Part shown: piece by piece, positions 34,544 through 42,940 of the stretch
Numbering within the stretch: position 1 is the stretch's first letter
Layout: each line of letters begins with the position of its first letter
Assembly: GCA_024641745.1 (NCBI GenBank)
Contig: JAHECL010000002.1
Span: forward strand, 1-62,813
Length of the DNA stretch: 62,813 bases
Direction: 5' to 3'
Origin: Gemmatimonadota bacterium
GTDB lineage: Bacteria > Gemmatimonadota > Gemmatimonadetes > Gemmatimonadales > GWC2-71-9
Translations under genes and position numbers: made by a program
The notes under the pieces: model-generated
What the model was told of the DNA's origin: nothing
What the model saw: only the letters and a program-made list of their open reading frames with translations
Database searches by the model: none

Positions 34544-34903
34544 CTACTTCCCTCTCTTCTTGACCGGCGACTTCCTCGCCGCCTTTTTCGCCGGCCTCCG
34601 CGCCGGTGCCTTCTTCTTCACTGGCTTCCTGGCGGCCTGCTTCTTCGCTGGCGCGTTCTTCTTCGCTGGCTTCCTGGCGGCCTGCTTCTTCACTGGCGCC
34701 TTCTTCTTCACCACCTTCTTGGCGGTCTTCTTCTTTGCCGGAGCCGGCTTCCTGGCTGCGGCTTTCTTGCTCGCTTTCGGCTTCGGCGGCCTGGGAGCCG
34801 GCGGCGGGGGCGGGGGAGGTGGTGGCGGGGGGACCCGCACGGGGGTCATCGGCATGGGATCCATCCAGCCCGCCCCGGACCAGCCCATCTCCATAGCGCT
34901 CAT
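34544..34903 (-). CDS. Histone H1-like Lys/Ala/Pro-rich basic protein
   Basis: From the ATG at 34903, with GGAGGA 7 nt upstream: MSAMEMGWSGAGWMDPMPMTPVRV, then P13, then KKxAPxKKQAARKPxKK repeats to the C-terminus. Confidence 0.7.
   Translation of the reverse strand: MSAMEMGWSGAGWMDPMPMTPVRVPPPPPPPPPPPAPRPPKPKASKKAAARKPAPAKKKTAKKVVKKKAPVKKQAARKPAKKNAPAKKQAARKPVKKKAPARRPAKKAARKSPVKKRGK
34613..34702. repeat. Two tandem 45-nt coding repeats inside the H1-like gene
   Basis: 34613-34657 and 34658-34702 differ at 3 positions. Each encodes a 15-aa KK.AP.KKQAARKP.KK unit. Confidence 0.85.
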
Positions 34904-35210
34904 CGGATCGTCCTCCGCCTGCTGGTGCGACGCCCCCCGCCGCAGGACCGCGCGGACCGCGCGGACGTGAAATTCATCCCTAATTACTCGCACGAATGGT
35001 GGGCTTGTGCAAGCGGGGGCGGAGAATTGGGGCCTGGCGGGGCCACCGACAGCCGCGCCGCCGGGGTGCGAGCGACTCGAAACAACACCATAAAGAATGA
35101 CATGACAGAGAGTTACGGTATTTTCCGTCTTTTCTGTCGGGCGAATCCCTCACGCCCGTACCCGATTCCTCCACTTTCTCCATATCTCACCCATCCTTAT
35201 ACTTTCCCCC

Positions 35211-37409
35211 GTGATCCAGCCCCAAATTCACCTTTGGTCGCTCCTGCTGCTCCTCCTGGTCTCCACCTCGAGTCTTGAGGGGCAGGCCGCCGTCGAGGTG
35301 CAGGTGACGCCCGCGCAGCTCCGCCTCCGGGCAGGGCAGAGCGAGCGGCTGTTCCTCAGCGCGTACGACGGGCAGGGCAATCTCCTCGCCGACCCCGTGT
35401 TCACCTTTACCCTCTCACGCACCGGCGTGGTGCGGGTCGGCCAGGACGGGACGGTGGTCGCCCTCGCCCCGGGCAGCGTGCAGGTCGAAGTCCGGTCCGG
35501 CACCGGCGTGGCCTCGGTGGCCGTGAGTGTGGCAACCCCTCCGCCGCCGCCGAAGCCCGAGCCGGTGCCGGTGCTTCCCGCAGGCGCCTACTTGGTCCCC
35601 ACCCCCGACACCCTCCTCCTGCTGCGGCTCGAAACCGGCATCGTGCGGATGGCGCTCCAGACCACGTCCGGCTCCGGACTGGGCCAGGTGAACGTCTCCT
35701 GGCGATCGTCGGCGCCGGAGATCGTGTCGGTCGACGGGTCGGGAGCAGTGCAAGCGCTCCAGGTCGGGTCTGCGAGACTGCTCGCGACCGGACTGGGAGG
35801 TCTGACCGGTTCGGTGTGGGTCGATGTACGTGAGGATTCGCTCACCGTGGTTCCGGCCCAGATGGCACTTCCCGTCGGCGGTGCTGACTCGATCGGCGTG
35901 AGGGTGCCGGCCCAGGGCAGCCGGCCGGTGACCTACGGTCTGGCCTGGCGCAGCAGCGATCCGGCGGTGGCCAGAGTCACTCCCGATGGGGTTGTGTACG
36001 GCAGCGGACCGGGCGAAGCCCTGGTGACGGTCATCGGTTATGGGCAGCAGCGATCGGTGCGAGTGAATGTTCACCCGCCTGTCAGTCGCCTCCGGTTCGC
36101 TCCCGCCCCAGGTACCCCCATCCGCCTCACGCTCGGCGGCTCCGCCCCGATCATGATGCAGGCGCTGGCCGCCGACTCGACCCCCCTCACCCAGGTCGCC
36201 TACGAGTTCCACGTCTCGGATACGTCGGTGGCGGTGTTTGATGAGTCAGCGACGCGAATCGTGGCCCGCGGCGTCGGCCGTACCACGCTCACCCTGTCCA
36301 CCTGGGGATTCGAGCCGACCACCTGGGAGATCGAGGTCGCCGCCGGCGGGCTGGCCATCGACCGTCCGAGGCGCCGCCTGGCGCCCAACGCGCGCGACTC
36401 GCTGGTGGTCTCCCGCCTCGGCGCCGAAGGAGCGGAAATCGGTCGCGCGACCGATCTCGACTATTCCACGAATCGTCGCGAGGTGGCCACCATCGACCAG
36501 CGCGGCGGGATCGTCACGGGGGCCGTCGGCGCCGCCACCATCACTGCGCGGACCCCCTGGGGCGCCACCGCCACCGCCGATCTCTTCGTCACCGAGGCGC
36601 TGCTGGTTGGTGTCCGACGCGGCGCCGGCGTGGAGCTGGTGCAGCTCGACACGTCGGGCGCCCGCTCTCTCGTCCCGGTCCTCAGCGTTGGCGAGGAGAA
36701 CTTCGATGGAGCCTGGTCACCCGACGGCACCCGGATCGCCTTCGCGGCCACCGTCGGGGGCAACACCGACATTTACGTGGCCGACGCCGACGGCGGCAAT
36801 GTCCTGCGCCTGACCGACGCCCCCGAGGCGGAGACCGGGCCGGCGTGGTCGCCCGACGGAGGCACCATCGTCTTCACCTCCCTCCGGAGCGGGACCGCGC
36901 AGGTCTGGGCGATGAACGAGGACGGGACCGCACGCCGGGCGCTGACCAGCGGCCCGGGCGAGAATGCGGCTCCTGCCTTCCGTCCCGATGGCCGGCTCAT
37001 CGCCTTCATCTCGACGCGGGACGGGAATCCCGACCTGTTCGAGATGGGGAACGAGGGGGGCGACCCCCGCGCCATCACCCGGACCCCGGAACCGGAGTCG
37101 CATCCCGCCTACGTCGCGAACGGCGACCTGGTCGTCGTGGTGAACCGGGGCGGCTACACCGACCTGCTCCGTATTCGCGCCGGCGACGGCCGCCGGACGA
37201 TGCTGCAGTCGATGGCCGGGCAGATCACGGCGCTGGCGGTCGCGGCGGACGGGACGGCGCTGGTCTACGGGCTGACGGAACCCGGCGCCGCCCCCAGCGC
37301 GCCCCCAGTGCACAGCCTGCGGCGCAAGCCGCTCGCGCCCGACCAGCCGCCGGTGGTGATCCCGCTGCAGGGCGAGGTCCGCTCCGTCTCCCTCCAGGTC
37401 GCGCGGTGA
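35211..37409 (+). CDS. Secreted protein with several Big_2-type Ig-like domains and a C-terminal TolB/PD40 beta-propeller
   Basis: 732 aa with a GTG start and the signal peptide WSLLLLLLVSTSSLEGQ. It shows the repeated pattern V.V.P....L..G....L.A......G, followed by WSPDG/AFRPDG PD40 repeats. Confidence 0.85.
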   Translation: MIQPQIHLWSLLLLLLVSTSSLEGQAAVEVQVTPAQLRLRAGQSERLFLSAYDGQGNLLADPVFTFTLSRTGVVRVGQDGTVVALAPGSVQVEVRSGTGVASVAVSVATPPPPPKPEPVPVLPAGAYLVPTPDTLLLLRLETGIVRMALQTTSGSGLGQVNVSWRSSAPEIVSVDGSGAVQALQVGSARLLATGLGGLTGSVWVDVREDSLTVVPAQMALPVGGADSIGVRVPAQGSRPVTYGLAWRSSDPAVARVTPDGVVYGSGPGEALVTVIGYGQQRSVRVNVHPPVSRLRFAPAPGTPIRLTLGGSAPIMMQALAADSTPLTQVAYEFHVSDTSVAVFDESATRIVARGVGRTTLTLSTWGFEPTTWEIEVAAGGLAIDRPRRRLAPNARDSLVVSRLGAEGAEIGRATDLDYSTNRREVATIDQRGGIVTGAVGAATITARTPWGATATADLFVTEALLVGVRRGAGVELVQLDTSGARSLVPVLSVGEENFDGAWSPDGTRIAFAATVGGNTDIYVADADGGNVLRLTDAPEAETGPAWSPDGGTIVFTSLRSGTAQVWAMNEDGTARRALTSGPGENAAPAFRPDGRLIAFISTRDGNPDLFEMGNEGGDPRAITRTPEPESHPAYVANGDLVVVVNRGGYTDLLRIRAGDGRRTMLQSMAGQITALAVAADGTALVYGLTEPGAAPSAPPVHSLRRKPLAPDQPPVVIPLQGEVRSVSLQVAR

Positions 37410-38443
37410 AGGCGCTCGTGCTTCCGAAACTGGGCGGGTGGCAGGATCTCGTCGTCACCGATGTGCCGGTGCCCGAGATCCAGCGGCCCGACGAGGTGCG
37501 GGTCCGGGTGCACACCGCCGGCATCAACCATCTCGACCTCTTCATCCTCGGCGGGCTCCCCGGCATCGAGTACACCTTTCCGCACATCGTGGGGAGCGAC
37601 GCCGCCGGGACGATCGAGTCGGTCGGTTCCGCGGTCACCGACTGGGCGGTCGGCGACCGGGTGATGATGAATCCCGGCATCGGCTGCAACGCCTGCGGGC
37701 TGTGCGCCGCCGACCAGCAGCCGCTCTGTCGCGACTATCACCTGCTTGGCGAGCATGTCCCCGGCACCATCGGCGAATTCGTCGTGGTCCCCCAGGGCAA
37801 CCTGGCCCGGGTTCCCGACGACATGCCATGGAGCCAGGCCGCCGGCTTCTCGCTCGCCGCACTTACCGCCTGGCGGATGATGACCGGCCGGGCCAGGGTG
37901 CGCGCCGGCGAGACGGTGCTCATCTGGGGGATCGGTGGCGGAGTGGCGCAGGCCTGCACCCGGATTGCGCGACTGCTCGGCGCCACCAGCATCGTGACCA
38001 GCTCCTCCGACGAGAAGCTCGAGCGGGCCCGCGCCCTCGGCGCCGACCACCTGCTCAACCACGTGACGACTGACGTCCCCAGGGCGGTCCGGGCCATCAC
38101 CGAGGGTCGCAACGCCGACGTGGTCATCGACAATGTCGGCGAGGCCACCTGGCAGAAGTCGCTTCGTGCCCTCGGTCGGGGCGGGCGGCTCGTCACCTGT
38201 GGCGGCACCACCGGCCCGATGGTGACGACCGACGTGCGGAAGCTCTTCTGGTATCAGTGGGACCTGATGGGCAGCACCATGGGTGGGGACCGCGAGTACC
38301 AGGAGGTGGCCCGACATGCCGCCGAGGGGCGGCTCTGGCCGGTGGTGGATTCGGTGGTTCCATTGTCGGAGGGCCGCGAGGCCTTCCGTCGCATGGCCGA
38401 TGGCGCACAGTTCGGCAAACTCGTGATCGAGGTGGCAGCATGA
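37406..38443 (+). CDS. Zinc-type alcohol dehydrogenase/quinone oxidoreductase family protein
   Basis: The GTG at 37406 overlaps the upstream stop (GTGA). The sequence reads VKALVLPKLGG...GSDAAGTIESVG...GIGCNACGLCAADQQPLC...LIWGIGGGVA. Confidence 0.9.
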   Translation: MKALVLPKLGGWQDLVVTDVPVPEIQRPDEVRVRVHTAGINHLDLFILGGLPGIEYTFPHIVGSDAAGTIESVGSAVTDWAVGDRVMMNPGIGCNACGLCAADQQPLCRDYHLLGEHVPGTIGEFVVVPQGNLARVPDDMPWSQAAGFSLAALTAWRMMTGRARVRAGETVLIWGIGGGVAQACTRIARLLGATSIVTSSSDEKLERARALGADHLLNHVTTDVPRAVRAITEGRNADVVIDNVGEATWQKSLRALGRGGRLVTCGGTTGPMVTTDVRKLFWYQWDLMGSTMGGDREYQEVARHAAEGRLWPVVDSVVPLSEGREAFRRMADGAQFGKLVIEVAA

Positions 38444-39147
38444 ACGATCTCTGGGAACGGCTGTCGTACGGGATGCAGGAATTGATGGTGTTCCTGCCGG
38501 CGATCGTCGGCGCCGCCGTCCTCCTCCTCGCCGGCTATTTCGTGGCGCGGCAGGTGCAGAAGTGGGTCAACCGCACCCTGGCCAGGCTGGAGTTCAACCG
38601 GGTGGCGAAGGAGGGGGGCTTCGCCGACTCGATGGAGCGGGCCGAACCCTCGCTCGACCCGGTGCATCAGGTCGGCAACCTCGCCTTCTGGCTGGTGATG
38701 CTGGTGGTGATCCTCCTCGCCAGCACCGCGCTCGGCCTCGAGAGCATCAACGAGATGTTCGGGATGATGCTCGGCTTCCTCCCCACGCTGATCAGCGCCA
38801 TCGTGATCGTCATCCTCGGCATCGTGATCGGCGAGTTCGTCCGCGGACTGATCGTCGCCTCGGCGGGGAAGGTCGAGGGGGTCCCGACGCTGGCCCGGGT
38901 GTCGAAGGGCGTGGTGGTGCTGATTGCGGTGTTCATGGCGGTGCAGCAGGTGGGCGTCGCCGAGGACATCGTGACGACGGCGTTCACGCTGATCCTCGGC
39001 GCCGTGGCGCTCGCCACCGGACTCGCCTTCGGGATCGGGAACAAGACGCTGGCGGGTGAAGTCACCCGCCGGTGGTATGAGGAGGGGAAGCGTCCGCGGA
39101 CCGCGCGCACCCGCGCGACCGACCCCAGGCCGCCAGAGGCGTCCTAG
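38440..39147 (+). CDS. Membrane protein with repeated conserved-TM-helix units (MscS-associated type)
   Basis: The ATG at 38440 overlaps the upstream stop (ATGA). The protein is 235 aa with 4-5 TM helices, and has a charged C-terminus. Confidence 0.6.
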   Translation: MNDLWERLSYGMQELMVFLPAIVGAAVLLLAGYFVARQVQKWVNRTLARLEFNRVAKEGGFADSMERAEPSLDPVHQVGNLAFWLVMLVVILLASTALGLESINEMFGMMLGFLPTLISAIVIVILGIVIGEFVRGLIVASAGKVEGVPTLARVSKGVVVLIAVFMAVQQVGVAEDIVTTAFTLILGAVALATGLAFGIGNKTLAGEVTRRWYEEGKRPRTARTRATDPRPPEAS

Positions 39148-39578
39148 CGGACGTCGAACATGTAGCTGTTCAGGTACTTGATGGTGTCGGTCTTCTCCGC
39201 CACCTGAAAGGCCAGCAGGTCGCCGCTGGTGACGAGCCCGATGAGTCCGCGCGCGTCAGTCACCGGCAGGTGCCGAATCCGCTTCCCGCTGAGGATCGCG
39301 CCGCACTCCTCGATGCTGGTGTCGGGGACGCAGGTGATGACCGGAGAGGTCATCACCTCGCGCACCTTGGTGTCGGCCGGACTGCGTCCCCCTGCCACCA
39401 CCCGCCGCAGGATGTCCCGTTCCGTGAAGACGCCGAGCAGCGCTCCTCCCTCGAGCACCACCAGTCCACCGATGCTGTGCTGGTTCATTGTCTGCGCGGC
39501 GGCGAGGACGGTATCGGACGGGGCGATCGAGATGACATCGCCGCCCTTGCGGGCGAGCAGGTCGCGGACGGTGGCCAT
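39144..39578 (-). CDS. CBS-domain pair protein
   Basis: 144 aa with two CBS repeats (...HSIGGLVVLEGGALLGVFTERDILR... and ...IRHLPVTDARGLIGLVTSGDLL...). Confidence 0.85.
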   Translation of the reverse strand: MATVRDLLARKGGDVISIAPSDTVLAAAQTMNQHSIGGLVVLEGGALLGVFTERDILRRVVAGGRSPADTKVREVMTSPVITCVPDTSIEECGAILSGKRIRHLPVTDARGLIGLVTSGDLLAFQVAEKTDTIKYLNSYMFDVR

Positions 39579-39646
39579 CGGCGGGCTCCTGAGGGGGATG
39601 CCCGGATACTAGGCGCCGGGTCGGGTGTCCGCCAGCGGGGCGGAAA

Positions 39647-40018
39647 TCAGCGCCCTCGCCGGGCCCGGGCAACGGCGATCGCCACGACCCCGGCAACGGC
39701 CATCGCGACAACCACCGTCAGGACAGGCCAGGGGGCAGGCCCCCCACCGGCCCCGGCCTTCCCCTCCAGGACGAGGCCGGCCACGCCGAGCCCGGCGATC
39801 AGTGCGGCGACCAGCGCCGCGATCCGCCGCCGGGGCGGGACGGTGACCGACTCCTCCCCGATGGCCAGCGCGGCGGCGTCCCGAAGGTCCTTCCGGCTGG
39901 TGCCGGGATACTGCGCCTCGAACTTCTCGACTTCCATCTTGAGGCGCCGGCCGAGGTCCTGGGCGCGGGCCGACGGTGGATCGGCCCGCGGCGGTACCAT
40001 GACGGGGACGAAGGCCAT
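39647..40018 (-). CDS. Hypothetical membrane-anchored protein
   Basis: 123 aa with two C-terminal TM helices. It begins immediately after the stop of the 58-aa ORF. Confidence 0.5.
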   Translation of the reverse strand: MAFVPVMVPPRADPPSARAQDLGRRLKMEVEKFEAQYPGTSRKDLRDAAALAIGEESVTVPPRRRIAALVAALIAGLGVAGLVLEGKAGAGGGPAPWPVLTVVVAMAVAGVVAIAVARARRGR

Positions 40019-40195
40019 CTAGAACTCCCGCTTCTTCATTTCCTTGAACAGCCGCCGGGTTTCGGAATCCATCTCCTCCGGCTTCTGTCGCAGGGTGGAG
40101 TCGTACTGCGCCGCCCGCTCGGCCACCGGCGGCTTGATCTTGGCGGCGTTCTTCTGGGCCAGTCGGGCGATCCGCTGGTCTTCCTTCTTGCCCAT
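40019..40195 (-). CDS. 58-aa Lys/Arg/Glu-rich small protein
   Basis: Own reading: GGAGGGACG then ATG at 40195 gives MGKKEDQRIARLAQKNAAKIKPPVAERAAQYDSTLRQKPEEMDSETRRLFKEMKKREF*. It is below the ORF-track cutoff. Confidence 0.5.
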   Translation of the reverse strand: MGKKEDQRIARLAQKNAAKIKPPVAERAAQYDSTLRQKPEEMDSETRRLFKEMKKREF

Positions 40196-40226
40196 CGTCC
40201 CTCCGTGGTGTGGTGTCCTCTGGAAT

Positions 40227-41297
40227 CTATGGGGTCGGGCGGCGGAAGCGCACGAACCGCATCCCCTGGGGCTGCACTTCCTTGATCAGCACGGCGTCGG
40301 GGCTCGCCGCCAGCGCGTAGCCGTACCCGTTGAATGAGATTGACTCGACCAGCCGGCCGTCCCGCCCCACCACCTGGTAGCGGCGCACCGTGTCGGGAAT
40401 GACCCGGCTCTTTTCCAGCCAGACGTGGCCGTCCCCGCCGGTGAAGGCGTTGTCGAAGGGCGCCTTGACCGGGCTGAAGGGGATCTTTTCGGCCGCCGAC
40501 CGGAGCTCCGGCGGGAATTTCCGGAGGAAGGCCTCCCGGTCAGACACCGTGATGGTGAAGACCCGGTCGGGAAGTTTCTGGCCCTTCTGGAGCTTGCCGG
40601 CCGGGGTGATCCAGTCCACCCGGTTAGGGTAGACCCGTGCCACCCACATGCTGCCGTCGGACAGTACGCCCCAGCGGTCCTCTCCGCTGAACACCCGCCG
40701 CTCGAACCGGCGGCCGGCGTCGCCGTCCACCTCGGCCAGGTCGAGGGGCGAGAGGCGGAAGACGGTGTCGCCCGCCGCGAAGTCGAGGGGATAGCGCGCC
40801 ACCGCGGCCGAGTCCCGCTTGCCCCCACCGTCGGGGCCGGGCGGGGGATTGAACTGCACGTACCAGTGGCCCTGCTCATCCCGCGCCCGGGGGAGGCTGC
40901 CCCGGGTGATTTCCGGGGTGCTGATCGCCGTCTGGTAGGTGCCCTCGGGCGACCAGACGGTGAGCCGGCGGAGCGCCCAGTCGGCCACGTAGAGTCCCTG
41001 GCCCGACGTGAAGAGGTCGAACGGTCCCTCGAACGGCTCCTTCATCGCTGTGCCAAGATCGGTCAGCGTGCCGTCACCATAATCGAGGACCACGACCCGG
41101 CGGTCGGCAGGGGAGAGCACCGCCCAGCGGTCGCCCCCCAGCCAGGCCCCGACGGTGGCCTCGAAGAGGTCGGTCTGCATGGTGTCGCCGGCGGCGCCGA
41201 GGGCGATGTCGGGGGGAGGGGCATCTGGAGCGCCGCAGGCGGCGGCGAGGAGCAGGGTGCCGAGGAGGGCGGCGCGGGTCGGGGCAGGGGTCCGCAT
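40227..41297 (-). CDS. Beta-propeller lipoprotein, paralog 1 of a local family
   Basis: 356 aa with the lipobox LLLAAAC. Its C-terminal motifs (RVDWITPAGK, PVKAPFDNAF..GDGHVWL, YQVVGRDGRLVESISF) are shared with the ORFs at 41702 and 42941. Confidence 0.75.
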   Translation of the reverse strand: MRTPAPTRAALLGTLLLAAACGAPDAPPPDIALGAAGDTMQTDLFEATVGAWLGGDRWAVLSPADRRVVVLDYGDGTLTDLGTAMKEPFEGPFDLFTSGQGLYVADWALRRLTVWSPEGTYQTAISTPEITRGSLPRARDEQGHWYVQFNPPPGPDGGGKRDSAAVARYPLDFAAGDTVFRLSPLDLAEVDGDAGRRFERRVFSGEDRWGVLSDGSMWVARVYPNRVDWITPAGKLQKGQKLPDRVFTITVSDREAFLRKFPPELRSAAEKIPFSPVKAPFDNAFTGGDGHVWLEKSRVIPDTVRRYQVVGRDGRLVESISFNGYGYALAASPDAVLIKEVQPQGMRFVRFRRPTP

Positions 41298-41397
41298 GCG
41301 GTGAATCTAACCGTCGGTACCGGCCGGGTCAGTCCCGGATTGCAACCATCTGCGGGGTGGAGTCATCTAAGAGGGTGACAAGAGAAAGGAGGACCCG

Positions 41398-41604
41398 ATG
41401 GTCATGCTCGCCACAGACAGCAAGGTCCCGACGTTTCGCCTGGTGAATGACGCGGGGATCTCCGTCGGGCGCATCGTGATGCCGGTGGCGGACCGGATCA
41501 GCGGTCAGGGTGCCGAGACGATCTACCTGCAACGGGACCCGCCCTTCCGACGGCGGCATTCACGTGGAGCCATCCTGCAGCAGCGCCCCCTCACGGAGCA
41601 CTAG
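41398..41604 (+). CDS. 68-aa ORF resembling the last blade of the neighbouring beta-propeller family
   Basis: AAGGAGG lies 6 nt upstream of the ATG. PTFRLVNDAGISVGRIVMPVADRISGQGAETIYLQRD parallels PLYDVIDGQGRLVKQVRLPAETRLVAFGKDVVYLVRRD at the end of the next gene. Confidence 0.4.
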   Translation: MVMLATDSKVPTFRLVNDAGISVGRIVMPVADRISGQGAETIYLQRDPPFRRRHSRGAILQQRPLTEH

Positions 41605-41701
41605 GACGTGAGGGGGTTCTTCGTGCCCTCCCCCCCCCTTGCGACCCCCACCCCCCGCCGCGCATCCTCCAAGCCTGAACCCACCCAATCGAGGCCCTGC
41701 C

Positions 41702-42889
41702 GTGTACCGACGCCCGTTGCTGCGCCCGAGTTCGACCGTTGCCCTGTGTCTCGCGCTTGGCGCGACCGCCCTCGCCGCCCAGCAGCCAAAGGTTCCGGTC
41801 CAGATCCTGGCCAAGCCCGATGCGACATTCGATGAGCCCTTCACCCAGGTGGTCGGGCTCCGCGAGTTGAAGAACGGCGAGGTCATCGTCGGCGACATGC
41901 GGGACCGAACACTCCAGAAGATCAACCTGAAGACCGGCAGCGCCGTCGCGCTGTCGCGCGAGGGGTCGGGCCCCGAGGAGTACGCCTTCCCGATGGCGGT
42001 GTACGCCCTTCCCGGCGACAGCACCGCCGTCTATGACCTCGGCAATCAGCGGTACCTGGTGCTCGACCCGACCGGCAAGCCGGTCGATACCTTCCGGATG
42101 GAGGAAGGCGGCAGCGGCGGGGGGATGATGATCCTCCGCGCCGCTTCCGCCACCGACGCGAAGGGGCGGTTCTACTATTCCACCCGCGGGGAGCCGAAGG
42201 GCGGCATGGGCGACGGACCGCCCACCTTCTCCGACTCGGGGCAGGTCGTCCGCTACGACCGCACGACGAAGAAGTCAGACACCCTCGGGGTGGTATTCGT
42301 CCCCAAGCCGACGGTCAACGCGAGCGGCGGCCCCAACAACAGAAGCGTCAGCATCCAGCGAGTGCCGATGGCACCGGAAGATGCCTGGGGGGTGGCGCCC
42401 GACGGGCGGGTGGGGATTGCGCGGGTGCGGACCGACCGGGTCGACTGGCTGCTCCCCGACGGCAAGACGGTTATCGGCCCGGCGCTGCCATACGCCCCGG
42501 TCAAGGTGACCGACGCCGACAAGAAAGCGTGGCAGGAGCAGGCGGCCCGCGGCGGCATCATGGTCAACAACGAGAACGGCAAGATGACGGTGAGTCCGGC
42601 ACCCAGTACGCCGCGCCCGATCGATCCCTCCATCGAATGGCCGGCCACCAAGCCTCCCTTTCCCGCCAACGCCGTGCGCGTGGCGCCGACCGGCGAGCTC
42701 TGGCTGCTTCGCTCGCAGCCGGCCAGCGTGACGCAGCCGTTGTACGATGTGATCGACGGCCAGGGTCGGCTGGTGAAGCAGGTCCGCCTCCCCGCCGAGA
42801 CGCGCCTCGTCGCCTTCGGGAAGGACGTGGTGTACCTCGTCCGGCGCGACGCGGATGATCTGGAATATCTGGAGCGGTATCGGTTGTAG
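41702..42889 (+). CDS. Beta-propeller secreted protein, paralog 2
   Basis: The GTG at 41702 opens VYRRPLLRPSSTVALCLALGATALAAQQ, a signal peptide. The family motifs are as described for paralog 1. Confidence 0.75.
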   Translation: MYRRPLLRPSSTVALCLALGATALAAQQPKVPVQILAKPDATFDEPFTQVVGLRELKNGEVIVGDMRDRTLQKINLKTGSAVALSREGSGPEEYAFPMAVYALPGDSTAVYDLGNQRYLVLDPTGKPVDTFRMEEGGSGGGMMILRAASATDAKGRFYYSTRGEPKGGMGDGPPTFSDSGQVVRYDRTTKKSDTLGVVFVPKPTVNASGGPNNRSVSIQRVPMAPEDAWGVAPDGRVGIARVRTDRVDWLLPDGKTVIGPALPYAPVKVTDADKKAWQEQAARGGIMVNNENGKMTVSPAPSTPRPIDPSIEWPATKPPFPANAVRVAPTGELWLLRSQPASVTQPLYDVIDGQGRLVKQVRLPAETRLVAFGKDVVYLVRRDADDLEYLERYRL

Positions 42890-42940
42890 GACGGGCGGTC
42901 GTTGACCCCATTGTCGTCACCCCGGTGCAAACCGGGGTCC

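Noticed and set aside
34613-34830. Tandem repeats and a G-run tract (ggcgggggcgggggaggtggtggcgggggg), considered as a possible CRISPR-like or G-quadruplex regulatory element.
   Set aside because: Both lie inside the H1-like coding frame. The 45-nt repeats are contiguous with no spacers and encode 15-aa Lys-rich units. The G-run encodes the polyproline stretch on the other strand. There is no cas gene context.
41605-41701. Long C-rich tract (ccctccccccccttgcgacccccaccccccgccgc) upstream of propeller paralog 2, considered as an i-motif or regulatory element.
   Set aside because: It is a single occurrence with no repeat or partner sequence. It can be explained as 5' UTR and low-complexity spacer. 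It is mentioned only under the mini-ORF finding.
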